Positions 10,669 through 21,569 of a DNA stretch of 64,000 nt are shown here, piece after piece (positions within the stretch are counted from its first letter, which is position 1; every line of letters starts with the position of its first letter). The DNA comes from Candidatus Poribacteria bacterium. Its GTDB lineage: Bacteria; Poribacteria; WGA-4E; UBA9662. Location of the stretch: contig JAYGDX010000336.1 in the NCBI GenBank assembly GCA_046582655.1, forward strand, positions 9,826 to 73,825, given 5' to 3'. The notes below the pieces were generated by a model. That model ran no database searches, was not told where the DNA came from, and saw nothing but the letters and a program-made list of their open reading frames with translations. The position numbers and the translations under genes were made by a program.

Positions 10669-11643
10669 CTATTTGTCCGTCAAATGCCGAAGAAAGAATG
10701 AAACCAGTGTTTCCTGTTTTTCTTTATCTGGTGCGATTCCGAGTTCTTTGGCGTACACTACGGCTTCCAACCCAACTTCTTCCGCCCGCGTTTTTAAAGC
10801 AACTGCGTGGAGAGGATGATGGAGCAAATGACCAAGACCCTCGGGTGTTCCACCACGCATCCCGTTAGAAACATAAATAGGTGGATCATCCAACGACATT
10901 AAACCGAGAAGGTCCACATTTTTTCGGATTTTTGAGTCTAACTCTTTGTTGGGTGAATCCGTATCTTGCAGAGCGTTGAGAAGCGCATCTTGCAACCCAT
11001 GAGCACTGAGAAACATGAGAAGTAGTTCCGAACTAACCGGAATCTGAAGAATTTCTGGCCACTTTAGGATATCATAGGTGGCTTGGGTGGCAAACGCACC
11101 AGCCACTTTCAACCGGGTAGATTCCCTTAAAACTGGGTCTGAATGATTCGGATCAGACATATCAGGTTGAAAAGCAAGCCAGAGTGAAGTACCCGCACCA
11201 GCAGAGTTTCCATAAGCACCAATCCTGCTTTTGTCAAGATTCCACTCATCAGCTTTACTACGAATGAACTGTAATGACCGTTTGGCGTCACCAAGGCATG
11301 TCATCACGGAACGAGCATCAGTATATTTCATATACCTATAGTTGATTGTTGCAAAGGAAACTCCTGCATCTAAAAATCGGGGTATATTCTTTGATTCATA
11401 CACTTCAGACTTGTCACCTCCGGAAAAACCACCACCGTGAATAAAAACAACAATTGGTGTTGGAACATCACTATCTGCCAGCCAAACATCAAGTAAATTT
11501 CTTTCGTGTGAACCATATTTGACATCTGTAAATGTAGCTGGCACTCCATTAAGGTTGATAGCTAGTGGTAAATCTTTGCTATCTAAATACGGTGTTTTAA
11601 TCAACATGCTGATTAAAATTAAAAAAAGTACCTTGTATTTCAT
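10669..11643 (-). CDS. Secreted alpha/beta hydrolase (esterase)
   Basis: Signal peptide; HGGGF oxyanion motif; GNSAG nucleophile elbow; LHHP catalytic His region. Confidence 0.88.
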   Translation of the reverse strand: MKYKVLFLILISMLIKTPYLDSKDLPLAINLNGVPATFTDVKYGSHERNLLDVWLADSDVPTPIVVFIHGGGFSGGDKSEVYESKNIPRFLDAGVSFATINYRYMKYTDARSVMTCLGDAKRSLQFIRSKADEWNLDKSRIGAYGNSAGAGTSLWLAFQPDMSDPNHSDPVLRESTRLKVAGAFATQATYDILKWPEILQIPVSSELLLMFLSAHGLQDALLNALQDTDSPNKELDSKIRKNVDLLGLMSLDDPPIYVSNGMRGGTPEGLGHLLHHPLHAVALKTRAEEVGLEAVVYAKELGIAPDKEKQETLVSFFLRHLTDK

Positions 11644-12159
11644 TTATTGTTTCTCCTAGTTTTGGCGTGTTTTTTTGAAATGTTCAGGATGTCAAACAGA
11701 TGACAAGATATAAACTATAACCCGCCATCATCAGTCCTAATATGGCTCAATCAGCAAGTAATATAGTTAAACTATTATTTGTTATCTATGTTCGGACGTT
11801 TAGAAGATAATTAAGAATGTGCCTTTTGCCTGAGAAGTTGCGTAATCTTATTATGTCTTTGTGTTTGTCAAAGAAAACAAGCTGACTACGTAAACGTTAA
11901 TCCAGTAGAATTAAGTAATCTGGCATAATGTATCTGTGAAGTCTTTCCTTGCGGCGGGATTGTCTGCGCCTATGATAAACATATACAGATCAACAAAAGC
12001 ATATCTCGCGTATCATTTTTCTGTAATTGTAGTTGTAGTTGATTTTCCAAGTTCAAATCGGTGTGAGTGATGTTGGGGGCGTAAGCTTCTCGCTATCAGT
12101 CTCGATGGCATTGTCTCTGAAGATTTTTATTTTGTGGCTAGGTTTGCTTGCGCCCATGC

Positions 12160-13557
12160 CTACCGTAGTGTATTTCGCCACGAGGAAATTGTTTCTTGTG
12201 ATCGATGGTGAGTCAACGGATGTCGATTAAGCTTTTCTTCTTGTGTCCAGAGTAGTTTCCTACACAATTTAAGCTCAGATTGATATGGCAATTCCTTTGA
12301 AAGGTTGGTTGTTTCGAATGGATCTGTTACTAAATCAAAAAGTTGTTCTCTGCCAAGGCGTGTTGGATCTGGTCCTAGCGGGACAAAATCATCTGCTGGG
12401 AGATACTCCATCACATATTTATACTGATCAGTTACGATAGCACGTCCCCAGTAGTTGCTTTCGATAAAAGCGAAAGTCCACCAATCCGTTTTCTGTCCTT
12501 CCAGTATCGGGCGAAGGCTGTGACCTTGTACGCCTTGTGGAATCTTTGCTTCTGCATAGTCACAAATGGTCGGTAGAAGATCCACTCCAGAGATAAAATG
12601 CCTATGATCAAAAGAAGACTTTTGCAACCCGAAGCAATCACCTAAAGATGCGACGATAAAAGGCACGCGAATGCTCTCCTGATACAGGGTAAACTTCTGG
12701 AATATCTGGTGACTGGCGCATGCTTCACCATGTTCACTGGAAAAGATAATCAATGTATTCTCTGCCAAATCAGTTTGTGCCAGTGCGTTAAGAAGCAAAC
12801 CGATTTCATAATCGACTTTCTCTACGTACCGATAATAGTTCCAGATATAGAAGCGCCACTGCAGATCTGACCACCTCTGCACCGCACGGCGTATCTTGTC
12901 GTGGATCAGGGCGCCTCCATGTCGGCGACATACTTGTTGTAGCAAAGTTTCACCGACATCGTACTCAAAGTTCTCTGGCAACGGCGGTAGGGCTGATTCA
13001 CCGACAGTTTGTTGTACCACCGAATCGGGTATGGTTTTCTGCTCGTGGTTGTGAAGATACTCACAGATGTCGTGTGGGTTTACATATCCAACTTGCAGGT
13101 AAAATGGGTTATGGTTGTCGTAAGTCGAAAGGAAAGAGAGGGCGGCATGGGTTGAGGCTGAATCGTAGTATTCTCCTCCGCCTGCCCCAATGTCACGTTG
13201 TCCAGTATATAAATTGTGGAAACTTTGACGCATGTCGCGTCCGTCAACGTGCCATTTCCCACAGTGGAATGCTCGGTAGCCGTTGCTGTTGAGTATCTGC
13301 CCGAGATCTAGCAGGTGCGCGTGCAGACACCCACCATTGAAAGGCACCCCTGTTTCCGACGCATATCGTCCGGTCATCCAGCTAGAACGGGCCGGCGCAC
13401 AAACCGGATCGGAACAATATGCTTTCATAAATGAGACCCCATTTCCATGGAGTCGATCCATGTTGGGGGTGTGGACATACGGATTGTTGTAGGCTGAAAT
13501 CGCGTTCCACGACTGCTGGTCGGTATTGATAAACAGAATATTTGGTCGGTCAGTCAT
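12160..13557 (-). CDS. Formylglycine-dependent sulfatase
   Basis: RPNILFINTDQ, CAPARSSWMTG (CxPxR), GKWH and EQLFDLVTDPFET motifs; the usual SDHG reads SEHG. Confidence 0.92.
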   Translation of the reverse strand: MTDRPNILFINTDQQSWNAISAYNNPYVHTPNMDRLHGNGVSFMKAYCSDPVCAPARSSWMTGRYASETGVPFNGGCLHAHLLDLGQILNSNGYRAFHCGKWHVDGRDMRQSFHNLYTGQRDIGAGGGEYYDSASTHAALSFLSTYDNHNPFYLQVGYVNPHDICEYLHNHEQKTIPDSVVQQTVGESALPPLPENFEYDVGETLLQQVCRRHGGALIHDKIRRAVQRWSDLQWRFYIWNYYRYVEKVDYEIGLLLNALAQTDLAENTLIIFSSEHGEACASHQIFQKFTLYQESIRVPFIVASLGDCFGLQKSSFDHRHFISGVDLLPTICDYAEAKIPQGVQGHSLRPILEGQKTDWWTFAFIESNYWGRAIVTDQYKYVMEYLPADDFVPLGPDPTRLGREQLFDLVTDPFETTNLSKELPYQSELKLCRKLLWTQEEKLNRHPLTHHRSQETISSWRNTLR

Positions 13558-14354
13558 ACACACCCTCCTTTGGTCAAGACATAAGTCGAGAACGTCTTGG
13601 ATATCAGCACCACCTCATTGGCCTCGTTTAACCACCAATAAGAGACTTCTGTACCTTGACCATAGACACTGTAGCCCCGCAAACAAATTTCGTGACCGTC
13701 CAGTTCAAATTCCCAATCCTCAAGTCGACAAATGTGGTGGTTTGGCTTCAATCTTTGGAGGTCCTCCAACATTGCCCATGCGGCAGACTCCTGTGCGAGT
13801 GTGGGGATCCAATCGAAGAGCATCCAATCACAGATAATCGAAGAGGAAGAACTAACTTCACCCGCAGGTATCACCAATCCTGTGCGCATTTCTAATGAGA
13901 TCTGCTTTTGATCGCCGTTATTGGTGATGCTGCCAATGCAGTCAAATCTATCGTAGATCCCATCTGCATGACTTTTGACATGGACATGCCATTTATCTAC
14001 TATTGTTGGTTGCACGTTTGTCTGGGCACGAAAGTCGAGCCTCATCTCCTCGCCATTGGAGATGTTGTCGCAGTAGATGTTGTAATGCCATATAGATTGG
14101 CTTTCCTGATTTCGGTGGACTGTCGCTTGTCCAATGCCCTGATCTGGCAATGATGGCTGATAACCATTCCAGAAATTGGGTAAGATTGTATAGTGATGTT
14201 TTTTCTCACTCAGGCTACATCTGATATTGCCATCGCAGAGAGATTTTTCAAGACACGACCAAAGTTGTTTTCGAAAATCCCCATTCGATGAATGATGATA
14301 GGCATAATCAACCGACCAGTGTAAATTTTCCGGCATTTTTTTTGTTTCAATCAC
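13554..14354 (-). CDS. Hypothetical protein, translationally coupled to the sulfatase
   Basis: 266-aa ORF whose stop overlaps the sulfatase ATG (ATGA). Confidence 0.7.
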   Translation of the reverse strand: MIETKKMPENLHWSVDYAYHHSSNGDFRKQLWSCLEKSLCDGNIRCSLSEKKHHYTILPNFWNGYQPSLPDQGIGQATVHRNQESQSIWHYNIYCDNISNGEEMRLDFRAQTNVQPTIVDKWHVHVKSHADGIYDRFDCIGSITNNGDQKQISLEMRTGLVIPAGEVSSSSSIICDWMLFDWIPTLAQESAAWAMLEDLQRLKPNHHICRLEDWEFELDGHEICLRGYSVYGQGTEVSYWWLNEANEVVLISKTFSTYVLTKGGCV

Positions 14355-14442
14355 GGGTAATCCTAATTTATCTTTAATTCCTAAAAAGACGTGCTCCTAA
14401 GATCTATCTTAGTTTTATGTCTGGCTGGTTGGAATCGATTTA

Positions 14443-14470
14443 TTGACAACATCAACCGATGTGAGATAAT
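14443..14470 (+). promoter_or_regulatory. Putative promoter of the enolase-superfamily gene
   Basis: TTGACA-16 nt-GATAAT with TGn; GGAGG RBS before ATG 14490. Confidence 0.5.
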
Positions 14471-14489
14471 AGCACAGTTGGAGGCTAAG

Positions 14490-15617
14490 ATGAAAATAGA
14501 TAAAATAGAATCATACCTTGCAGGCAACGGGTATGTCTTGCAGATTCGCACTGACACGGGTATTAGCGGGCTTGGGCAAACTGCTTGTTGGGGATACCCG
14601 GAAGCAGTTGAGCGCATTGTCCGCCGCTTTGAACAATACCTTATTGGCCAAAATCCGTTGAGGATTGAACACCATTGGCAATATTTATATCGTATGGGGC
14701 CTTTTCGAGGAAATGTCCTTTGTGGAGCGATCAGTGCAGTCGATATTGCGTTATGGGATATCAAAGGTAAGCATTTCGGTGCTCCCGTATGGGAATTGCT
14801 TGGTGGTAACTGTCGTCACAAAATCCGATTGCATTTGCTAGTAGGTCAACCTTCACCTGACGCTATGTATAAAGCTGCTAAAGATGCCGTTGCGGAGGGG
14901 TTCACGGCAATTAAGTTCGATCCATTGGTCGGTGGATACCAAGACATGACGCAAGATCAGCTAATTAAGTCTGTTTGCGAGATGGTAGAGGCAACACGAG
15001 AAGGCGGAGGTTCGGACCTGGATCTGATTGTTGAAGTGCACCGTAAATTGACACCAATGAACAGCATTGCTTTGGGAGAAGCTTTGACCAAATTCAACCT
15101 TTATTTTATTGAGGATCCAATTCAGATCGACAGCATTATTTCACAAGCAGAAATAGCCAAGCGTATCAATATCCCGGTTGGCAATGGTGAACGTCTGACC
15201 ACAATCTGGGAATTTAGAGAACTGCTGGAAACCGGAGGCCCGCAATACGTGCGTCCAGATGTTGCTCTCGCTGGTGGCCTCACCCATTGCAAGAAGATCG
15301 CTGCTATCGCCGAATCATATCATAGCGCGGTTGTTGTCCATAATTTCCTCGGCCCTCTGGTCACAGCAGCTTCATTGCATCTGGATACTTGTATTCCTAA
15401 TTTCATCACCCAAGAATACACCAAAGACGACGAATCGGACAGGTACGCATACTTCACTACCTCATACCAACGTCAAGGTGGATACATTCCGATTCCTGAA
15501 GCTCCGGGGCTTGGTGTTGAGCTGGATGAAAACCTTCTTTTGCAAACGCCATTTGAGTCAATGAATACAGCGGAAGTGCCTCTTCGGGAAGATGGTTCTG
15601 TGGCTTATTCGGTGTAG
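14490..15617 (+). CDS. Mandelate racemase/galactonate dehydratase-like enolase-superfamily enzyme
   Basis: HHWQYLYR, SAVDIALWDIKGK, KFD, FIEDP, GNGERL and PEAPGLG motifs; start placed at the RBS-supported ATG 14490. Confidence 0.9.
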   Translation: MKIDKIESYLAGNGYVLQIRTDTGISGLGQTACWGYPEAVERIVRRFEQYLIGQNPLRIEHHWQYLYRMGPFRGNVLCGAISAVDIALWDIKGKHFGAPVWELLGGNCRHKIRLHLLVGQPSPDAMYKAAKDAVAEGFTAIKFDPLVGGYQDMTQDQLIKSVCEMVEATREGGGSDLDLIVEVHRKLTPMNSIALGEALTKFNLYFIEDPIQIDSIISQAEIAKRINIPVGNGERLTTIWEFRELLETGGPQYVRPDVALAGGLTHCKKIAAIAESYHSAVVVHNFLGPLVTAASLHLDTCIPNFITQEYTKDDESDRYAYFTTSYQRQGGYIPIPEAPGLGVELDENLLLQTPFESMNTAEVPLREDGSVAYSV

Positions 15618-15718
15618 CCGCCTCCTAGGATTGCTGGTGTTATTTCTATAGTGGTAAGTTGTGATGGGCACTGGCAGCGCGCAACATAGATGTGACTGGT
15701 TGTGGAGGTATCTGACTG

Positions 15719-16699
15719 TTAGTTGGTTTCGTCGCTGTCCATCCTCCGCTGAAGCCAAAGCCGTACGTAATGACGCCGGCGCTTGGGATTAGGATAGTCC
15801 TCGAATTGGGTGCGATTGTGGAGTATCCAATGATTATTAGTGAAAAGTATCTGCCCAGGTTGTAAGCTGAACTCCACATGGAAGTCTGAGCGGCGCAGTA
15901 GCATTTCCAGAATGTCCAAGGCCTCCTCCTGATCCGGGGCCAGTGCCCGTTCTGCCTGCTGGTGACCAACCTGAATGTAATAGTACATGTACCGCATGGT
16001 CAGTTCCACTTGGTTCCATTGGAAAATTGGGTTGTGAGATGTTGGGGACTCTCCCATTTTGAATTGTCCGCGGCGATCAAAATAAAATGGTTGATAGAGT
16101 GTTTTAAGCACATCAGGAGAGAATCGTTCCCGCAGTTCGTTGTGGAGAGAATAGGCACTGATAAGTTGGTTCTGCCCACCTGATTTCGCCGTCTTGGCAC
16201 ATAGCAGCCCAACGAAGTCAGGAACTGGGTTACCGAAGGAATTATCGATGTGAAATGAACTCTCAGCCTTGGTCACTGAAAAGCGAGCGCCCTGAGTTAC
16301 GCTTTGACCGGTATCTTTCACATCGTACAGTAGGGTTCCTTTAATATCCTGCGCAAAAGGATGACCAAGAAACTGGCCAATCAACCAATATATTATCTGT
16401 GATTCTTCCAAGGTATACTGCTCTACGGGTATCCGCTCGACAATAGCAAAACCTTGTCCCATGTTAAGGGTATCGACTACTGGTTGAAGGCATTCGGTGC
16501 AGATGTCGAATAGTGATTTCTGAATCCGTATCTCTGTGATTGGTTGAGGATGGCACCGAAGATTCTGGATAAATGTGTCGAAGGCAAAGAGACATTTTGT
16601 GGATAGCAAGTAATACCAGGATGTGGCATCATCAATGGTACTTGCATGCCATGCCCGCTTGTCCAATAAAACATCAGTCAACATCTGGGAACGGTTCAT
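15719..16699 (-). CDS. TauD/TfdA family Fe(II)/2OG dioxygenase
   Basis: FHID (HxD), GLLC, LQPGQILFTNNHWILHNRT and RRHYVRLW motifs. Confidence 0.9.
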   Translation of the reverse strand: MNRSQMLTDVLLDKRAWHASTIDDATSWYYLLSTKCLFAFDTFIQNLRCHPQPITEIRIQKSLFDICTECLQPVVDTLNMGQGFAIVERIPVEQYTLEESQIIYWLIGQFLGHPFAQDIKGTLLYDVKDTGQSVTQGARFSVTKAESSFHIDNSFGNPVPDFVGLLCAKTAKSGGQNQLISAYSLHNELRERFSPDVLKTLYQPFYFDRRGQFKMGESPTSHNPIFQWNQVELTMRYMYYYIQVGHQQAERALAPDQEEALDILEMLLRRSDFHVEFSLQPGQILFTNNHWILHNRTQFEDYPNPKRRRHYVRLWLQRRMDSDETN

Positions 16700-16837
16700 T
16701 TTACTTGCCTAATAAAGATTTTTAGTGTGAAAAAATGATAGAGTTTGTCTGGAATCCGCATTTGCTTCTGGACTAGTTCTGTTGCCCTGAGTGCAAAGTC
16801 TGTGTGCTGCATATTTTGCTTGCGTTGGTGAATCCTT

Positions 16838-17896
16838 TCAATCGAAGTTCATCGATCCGAGTCCCATTCCTTGCAGGTCCGCAATGATGTTCTTTTCTTC
16901 CGCTTCGTAGAGCTCCCAGATCACTTTCAGCCCTTCGAGACTGGAGACGGCATCAGTTAATGGTTTCTTGCCGGTTTCTATGCATTCGATAAAGTGTGAC
17001 ATCTCTATTTCCGTGGGTTTAGCATGTTTTTGTTCTAAGAGAATGACCTCCTTCTGACCTGGGTCGTGGACACCAGGTACATGCTTCTCAACATCACCAA
17101 GATAAGCTACCTGTCCTTTTCCGAGTTGCATCTCTACCATTCCCTTTTCACAATGTGCGTGGAAGGAATAACCGAGCCGGGTACCTCGTGCTCCCCAGGT
17201 GCCGAAATGATATCCAAGAACGCCATTCTCAAACTCTAGGCACACGTTGCTAGTACCTTCTTCCTCCATCCAAGGAGTACATCGGTTTGTTCCCAGATGA
17301 ATTCCTTTCACTGGTTTGCCAAGCATCCACAGCATCAAGTCGATATAGTGACAACCATGACTGAAAAATTGGCCACCTCCAACTTCCTTTGCTTTGCACA
17401 TCCAGTTGCTTGAATCTCGTTGCGTATGCTGCTCAGTCCAGATCGAAAGTTGGAACACATCGCCGAAGGTTTTGTTGTCCATAATTTCCTTAAATTTGAG
17501 AACGAGGGGATGAAAACGCATACAGTAGGCGACCATGAGGACTCGGTCATTCCGCCTGGCAGATTCAATCATCTCCAAGCATTCTTGTTCGGTATTGGCC
17601 ATGGGCTTTTCTACTAGCACATGTTTGCCCTCGTTAAGGCACTTGACCGTGACTGGGTGATGGAGATGATGCGGCAAGACTATCAGCGTCGCATCCACAT
17701 GGTCAAGGATCTCCTCATAGTTATTGTGAACCACTGGCTTTTTGGGGAAAAGTTCCGCGACCATCTGGGCTCTTTCTAAATTAATGTCGACGACCGCAGT
17801 GATTTCAACTTTGTCCAGAACTTCATTCATCCGTGCGGCATGTGATCTTGCCATTCCGCCGCATCCGATGATTCCTACTCGTATTTTGGATTTCAT
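16838..17896 (-). CDS. Gfo/Idh/MocA family oxidoreductase
   Basis: VGIIGCGGMA, HHLH, KHVLVEKPMA and GCHYID motifs. Confidence 0.92.
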   Translation of the reverse strand: MKSKIRVGIIGCGGMARSHAARMNEVLDKVEITAVVDINLERAQMVAELFPKKPVVHNNYEEILDHVDATLIVLPHHLHHPVTVKCLNEGKHVLVEKPMANTEQECLEMIESARRNDRVLMVAYCMRFHPLVLKFKEIMDNKTFGDVFQLSIWTEQHTQRDSSNWMCKAKEVGGGQFFSHGCHYIDLMLWMLGKPVKGIHLGTNRCTPWMEEEGTSNVCLEFENGVLGYHFGTWGARGTRLGYSFHAHCEKGMVEMQLGKGQVAYLGDVEKHVPGVHDPGQKEVILLEQKHAKPTEIEMSHFIECIETGKKPLTDAVSSLEGLKVIWELYEAEEKNIIADLQGMGLGSMNFD

Positions 17897-18254
17897 GTTT
17901 GTTGCCACCGTTGCACATTTTTTCAATAGCACCTAATTCAAATGCTTACCCAGCATAGGCTAGAGTAACAAAGAGAGCTGTTGGAAATAATTTAAATGAA
18001 CGAGTTTCCAATGTTTAGTTCGTTCGTTGCAAAGACAAGATTTTGTTCGGCAGGACCAAAATTCAATGCATTCCCTTATCTGGTTAGGTTTCAGGATATC
18101 AAGTTACCTTGACCGTCACCAGCGTAATGTGTCATCTTCATGACTTCTTCACTTTCAAGGAGCAAGAACTGATATTGGTTATATTAGGGGAATGTAGAAT
18201 CGAAGAATAACAGGTCAACTAATCTCACCAAAGGTGATTCCGGATACCCCAGTC

Positions 18255-19088
18255 TTACGTTTCTAACCAACACTCCGGTGAATAGGGGGCTCGCTGAAAC
18301 ATCTTTTTTCTTTCTGGGTTTGCTTGTTCCATCCACTCCGGTGGAATTTCTTGCGTATGACGATGCGGAGGACCAACTTCCTTGAAAATGTCAATCACGA
18401 ATAGACGGTATTCTTGTGGTGAATTTAAGGGTTTCGGTTCAACGCCATGAAACATCCTGGCATTCAGATAGACCATACTTCCTGGGGGCAATTCCAAGTG
18501 TCGCACCTCCAATTTTCTACCCGCCTCATCATCGAATTCTCCCGCCAGTAGTTTTTCGGGCGTAACTTCCCTGGTTGGCGACACGCGATGACTCCCTGGG
18601 ATTATCATCAGGTTTCTGTCTCCTTGCTTAAATCCGTTTGGATAGTAAAGGATTTGGATGTACCACTTATTTCTTTCCTCTAGATTGACTGGGTTTTCAT
18701 GAAACCAATGGTGATGATCCTGATGAAAGCCGACCCTTTTAGTGCCGCGAGGGGCGATATTCATAGCAGAATGGCAAAAGTGATAATCAGGACCAATAGT
18801 GGACTGTAAAAGCGAAGTAACTAGCGGTGCATCAATCAACCTATTACCCCATGAACCTCTGTCATTCCATGGTCTAACGAAGTAGGTATGCGGATCATTT
18901 ACCTGAAGATCTGGATCTGCTAACGACTTGAAATATTCTCTAACGGGGTCGTGGTTCAGAATTTCATCGGTCAAGCCAGCTAGGCCTTCATCCGTGAAGA
19001 CATCTGGTAAAACAACGCATCCGTCTCGATGAAAAGTCGCTAGATCATGTGCAGAGGGTTCGGTTAGCCGAAATATTGGATTCGTCAT
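18255..19088 (-). CDS. Phytanoyl-CoA dioxygenase (PhyH) family protein
   Basis: FHRDG, GFHQD (HxD), IIPGSH and MFHG motifs. Confidence 0.9.
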   Translation of the reverse strand: MTNPIFRLTEPSAHDLATFHRDGCVVLPDVFTDEGLAGLTDEILNHDPVREYFKSLADPDLQVNDPHTYFVRPWNDRGSWGNRLIDAPLVTSLLQSTIGPDYHFCHSAMNIAPRGTKRVGFHQDHHHWFHENPVNLEERNKWYIQILYYPNGFKQGDRNLMIIPGSHRVSPTREVTPEKLLAGEFDDEAGRKLEVRHLELPPGSMVYLNARMFHGVEPKPLNSPQEYRLFVIDIFKEVGPPHRHTQEIPPEWMEQANPERKKMFQRAPYSPECWLET

Positions 19089-19667
19089 TTTAAGTATTAA
19101 AGTAATAGGGCATTTCGATTGATGGGTTTGAAGTAAGATCTACTACTTCAACTTTGGAAATTTGAGCGATTGCATCGGAATGATCTTTGTGTTACTTGAT
19201 CCTGACTTAAGACTGGCCGGTATTGTTTACAGAATCAATCATCATATGTTAACACCGCAATTATGCTTTATCAAACATTATATTCTGGATTCGCAAACGG
19301 CTTTCAAGAAATTATATGGCTGAGCCAGTTGACTGATGTTGATGAAACCAATAACCAAATACTAAGCAATCATAAAAGAGGCCTGACTTGCGCCTTCTCG
19401 GGAGGGGAATCCTCAATACAGGTTCAAGTGATAACCAGCATTACCCCTCAATATTTCTGACCATATTGATTCAATTTTCGATATGAGTGTTCGATGAATC
19501 TAAGGCCACATTAGCGCAGTTTTCGCTATCATCAAGTCATGTCTGCCCAGTTCAATTATGACTTCAGTCCTTGCTTTTAGTAGAACTAATATTTGTAGTC
19601 GTTGTGCTGGGATGCGGTAATACTGAGAAGCATAGCCTTGTCAGCTTGGAGGGTCAGCTGAGTATAG

Positions 19668-20867
19668 TTACGAGCTAAGTTGATCTGTATTTTGACGTAC
19701 TTTTTTGATTGCCTGCAGAATCAGATCCATATCTTCGATCTCTCCTAGGAATAGAGCGTGCGAAAAGCTGCAAACTTCTTTAGCATACACCCATTCAGCT
19801 TGGGGACAATGAACTTGGCTATAATCGATCTGCCGATCGTAGACTTGACCTTGTCGGGCCGCCCCCAGTTGATCAAAAAAATCCATATCACCAAAGGGCC
19901 CTTCTTGATAAATTGGTTGCCCATGTGCCCCAACATTGCACGGTACACCTTCTGCCCGCAGAGCTGCGAGAAAACGATCTCTTGAGATATTATCGAATGC
20001 CTCAGGAATAAAACGGAAGTCCCAGTAGTAGAAACACCAGCGGGTAACGCGTTCATCGCGGGGAATTGGTGAAATCCCCTCTATGTCTTTCATTCCTTCT
20101 GCTAGGTAGATCGTGTTTTGTTCACGTATCTCAACTTGTTCGTCAAATCGCTCCAATTGACACAACAGTAAGGCTGCTTGAAAGTTGGTCATTCGCATAT
20201 TGAGGTTTGCGAAAATTCTAGCTTTCTCGGCTAGTGCCTGATCGCTCGTAACGACCATTCCACCCTCACCACAGGTAAGTGTTTTTCCCATTTGGAAACT
20301 GAATGTGCCAAGATGTCCAATGGAACCCAGTCCTTGCCCACGCCATTGAGAACCGTGTGCATGGGCACAGTCCTCAATCACCCACAGATCGTGTTTTTGA
20401 GCGATCTCCATAATCCGATCCATGTCAGCGGGGAAACCTCCGTTATGTACAGGGACAATCGCCCGAGTACGCGGTGTGACAGCGGCTTCAATTGCGTCAG
20501 GACAAATATTATAAGTCAAAGGGTCAACATCCACGATGATCGGTACAGCGTTGACCAATACTGCAGCAGTGCCGGTAGCAACAAAAGTCAAGGCTGGCAC
20601 TATCACTTCATCTCCTGCTTGTAGCCCAACAGTTTTCAATGCACATTGGATAGCAACTGTTCCATTAGCTACTGGAATACCATACTTAGCGTTTTGGTAA
20701 GCAGCAAACGCTTGGCTGGCTTGGTCGACTTTGTCTCCACTATTCCAAGATCCACTATGTAGAACCTTCAATAATGCTTGTTCCTCTCTAGCATCAAAGG
20801 TAGGCCAACTCTTGCCTAAAGGTCCTTTAACAATAGGTTCTCCACCGTGCAGTGCAAGTTTTGCCAT
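19668..20867 (-). CDS. DegT/DnrJ/EryC1/StrS family PLP aminotransferase
   Basis: MAKLALHGG start after GGAGG; NGTVA, EDCAHAHG and FSFQMGKTLTCGEGG (PLP Lys) motifs. Confidence 0.92.
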   Translation of the reverse strand: MAKLALHGGEPIVKGPLGKSWPTFDAREEQALLKVLHSGSWNSGDKVDQASQAFAAYQNAKYGIPVANGTVAIQCALKTVGLQAGDEVIVPALTFVATGTAAVLVNAVPIIVDVDPLTYNICPDAIEAAVTPRTRAIVPVHNGGFPADMDRIMEIAQKHDLWVIEDCAHAHGSQWRGQGLGSIGHLGTFSFQMGKTLTCGEGGMVVTSDQALAEKARIFANLNMRMTNFQAALLLCQLERFDEQVEIREQNTIYLAEGMKDIEGISPIPRDERVTRWCFYYWDFRFIPEAFDNISRDRFLAALRAEGVPCNVGAHGQPIYQEGPFGDMDFFDQLGAARQGQVYDRQIDYSQVHCPQAEWVYAKEVCSFSHALFLGEIEDMDLILQAIKKVRQNTDQLSS

Positions 20868-21569
20868 GTCTCGCCTCCTATGCTGAGCAATTGCAGTTAA
20901 GAAAACTACCACCCTGTATTGAAGTGCAATCCCCAGATTTTTATCGATAACAGATAATTGTGCGTTTGAGATTTCTTTATATGCCACTATGATTTCCTTT
21001 AATCAACAGCATATTATTCCGTCACGAAACTACTAAGTTTTGTCATTTCTAGTGTTAATAGAAGCGCACCTCCTTAACATAATCCAAATCTGTATCCAAG
21101 GAATTTATCAGTAACCCAAAATTGACACCAAAGTCATCCTCCTTGATGTAGAAAAACTTAGTTATATGCTGACATAGCTGAATGAACTCTATCGTCTGCC
21201 GCGTCATGCCAAATCACTTGTCCCAATCTCTGAGGTACAGATCTTAGAGATCACCAAATCAGGACTGGGATAGTCTATTCCCTCGACTCTGCTGGTCTAT
21301 CAGGGCACCCTGCACACGGTGGCGGATCTTATCGATTCGGCCATTACCCTCTGGGATCCTACCGCCCTATCTCGCCAGCATCGATCGATGTATTTCTTGT
21401 GTACCTTTCTTGCATCGTTAGGGTGAGAAAGGATTGTCATACTACTTCGGGTGTTTCCATGCATTTGGCATGTCTCTTCGTGTCAATTCGGAGCCTCTTC
21501 CACTATCAATGATAACCACTTGACTACTGGCAAATTTTTCGATCCAGTTCACATTTATTTCGCGACTTT

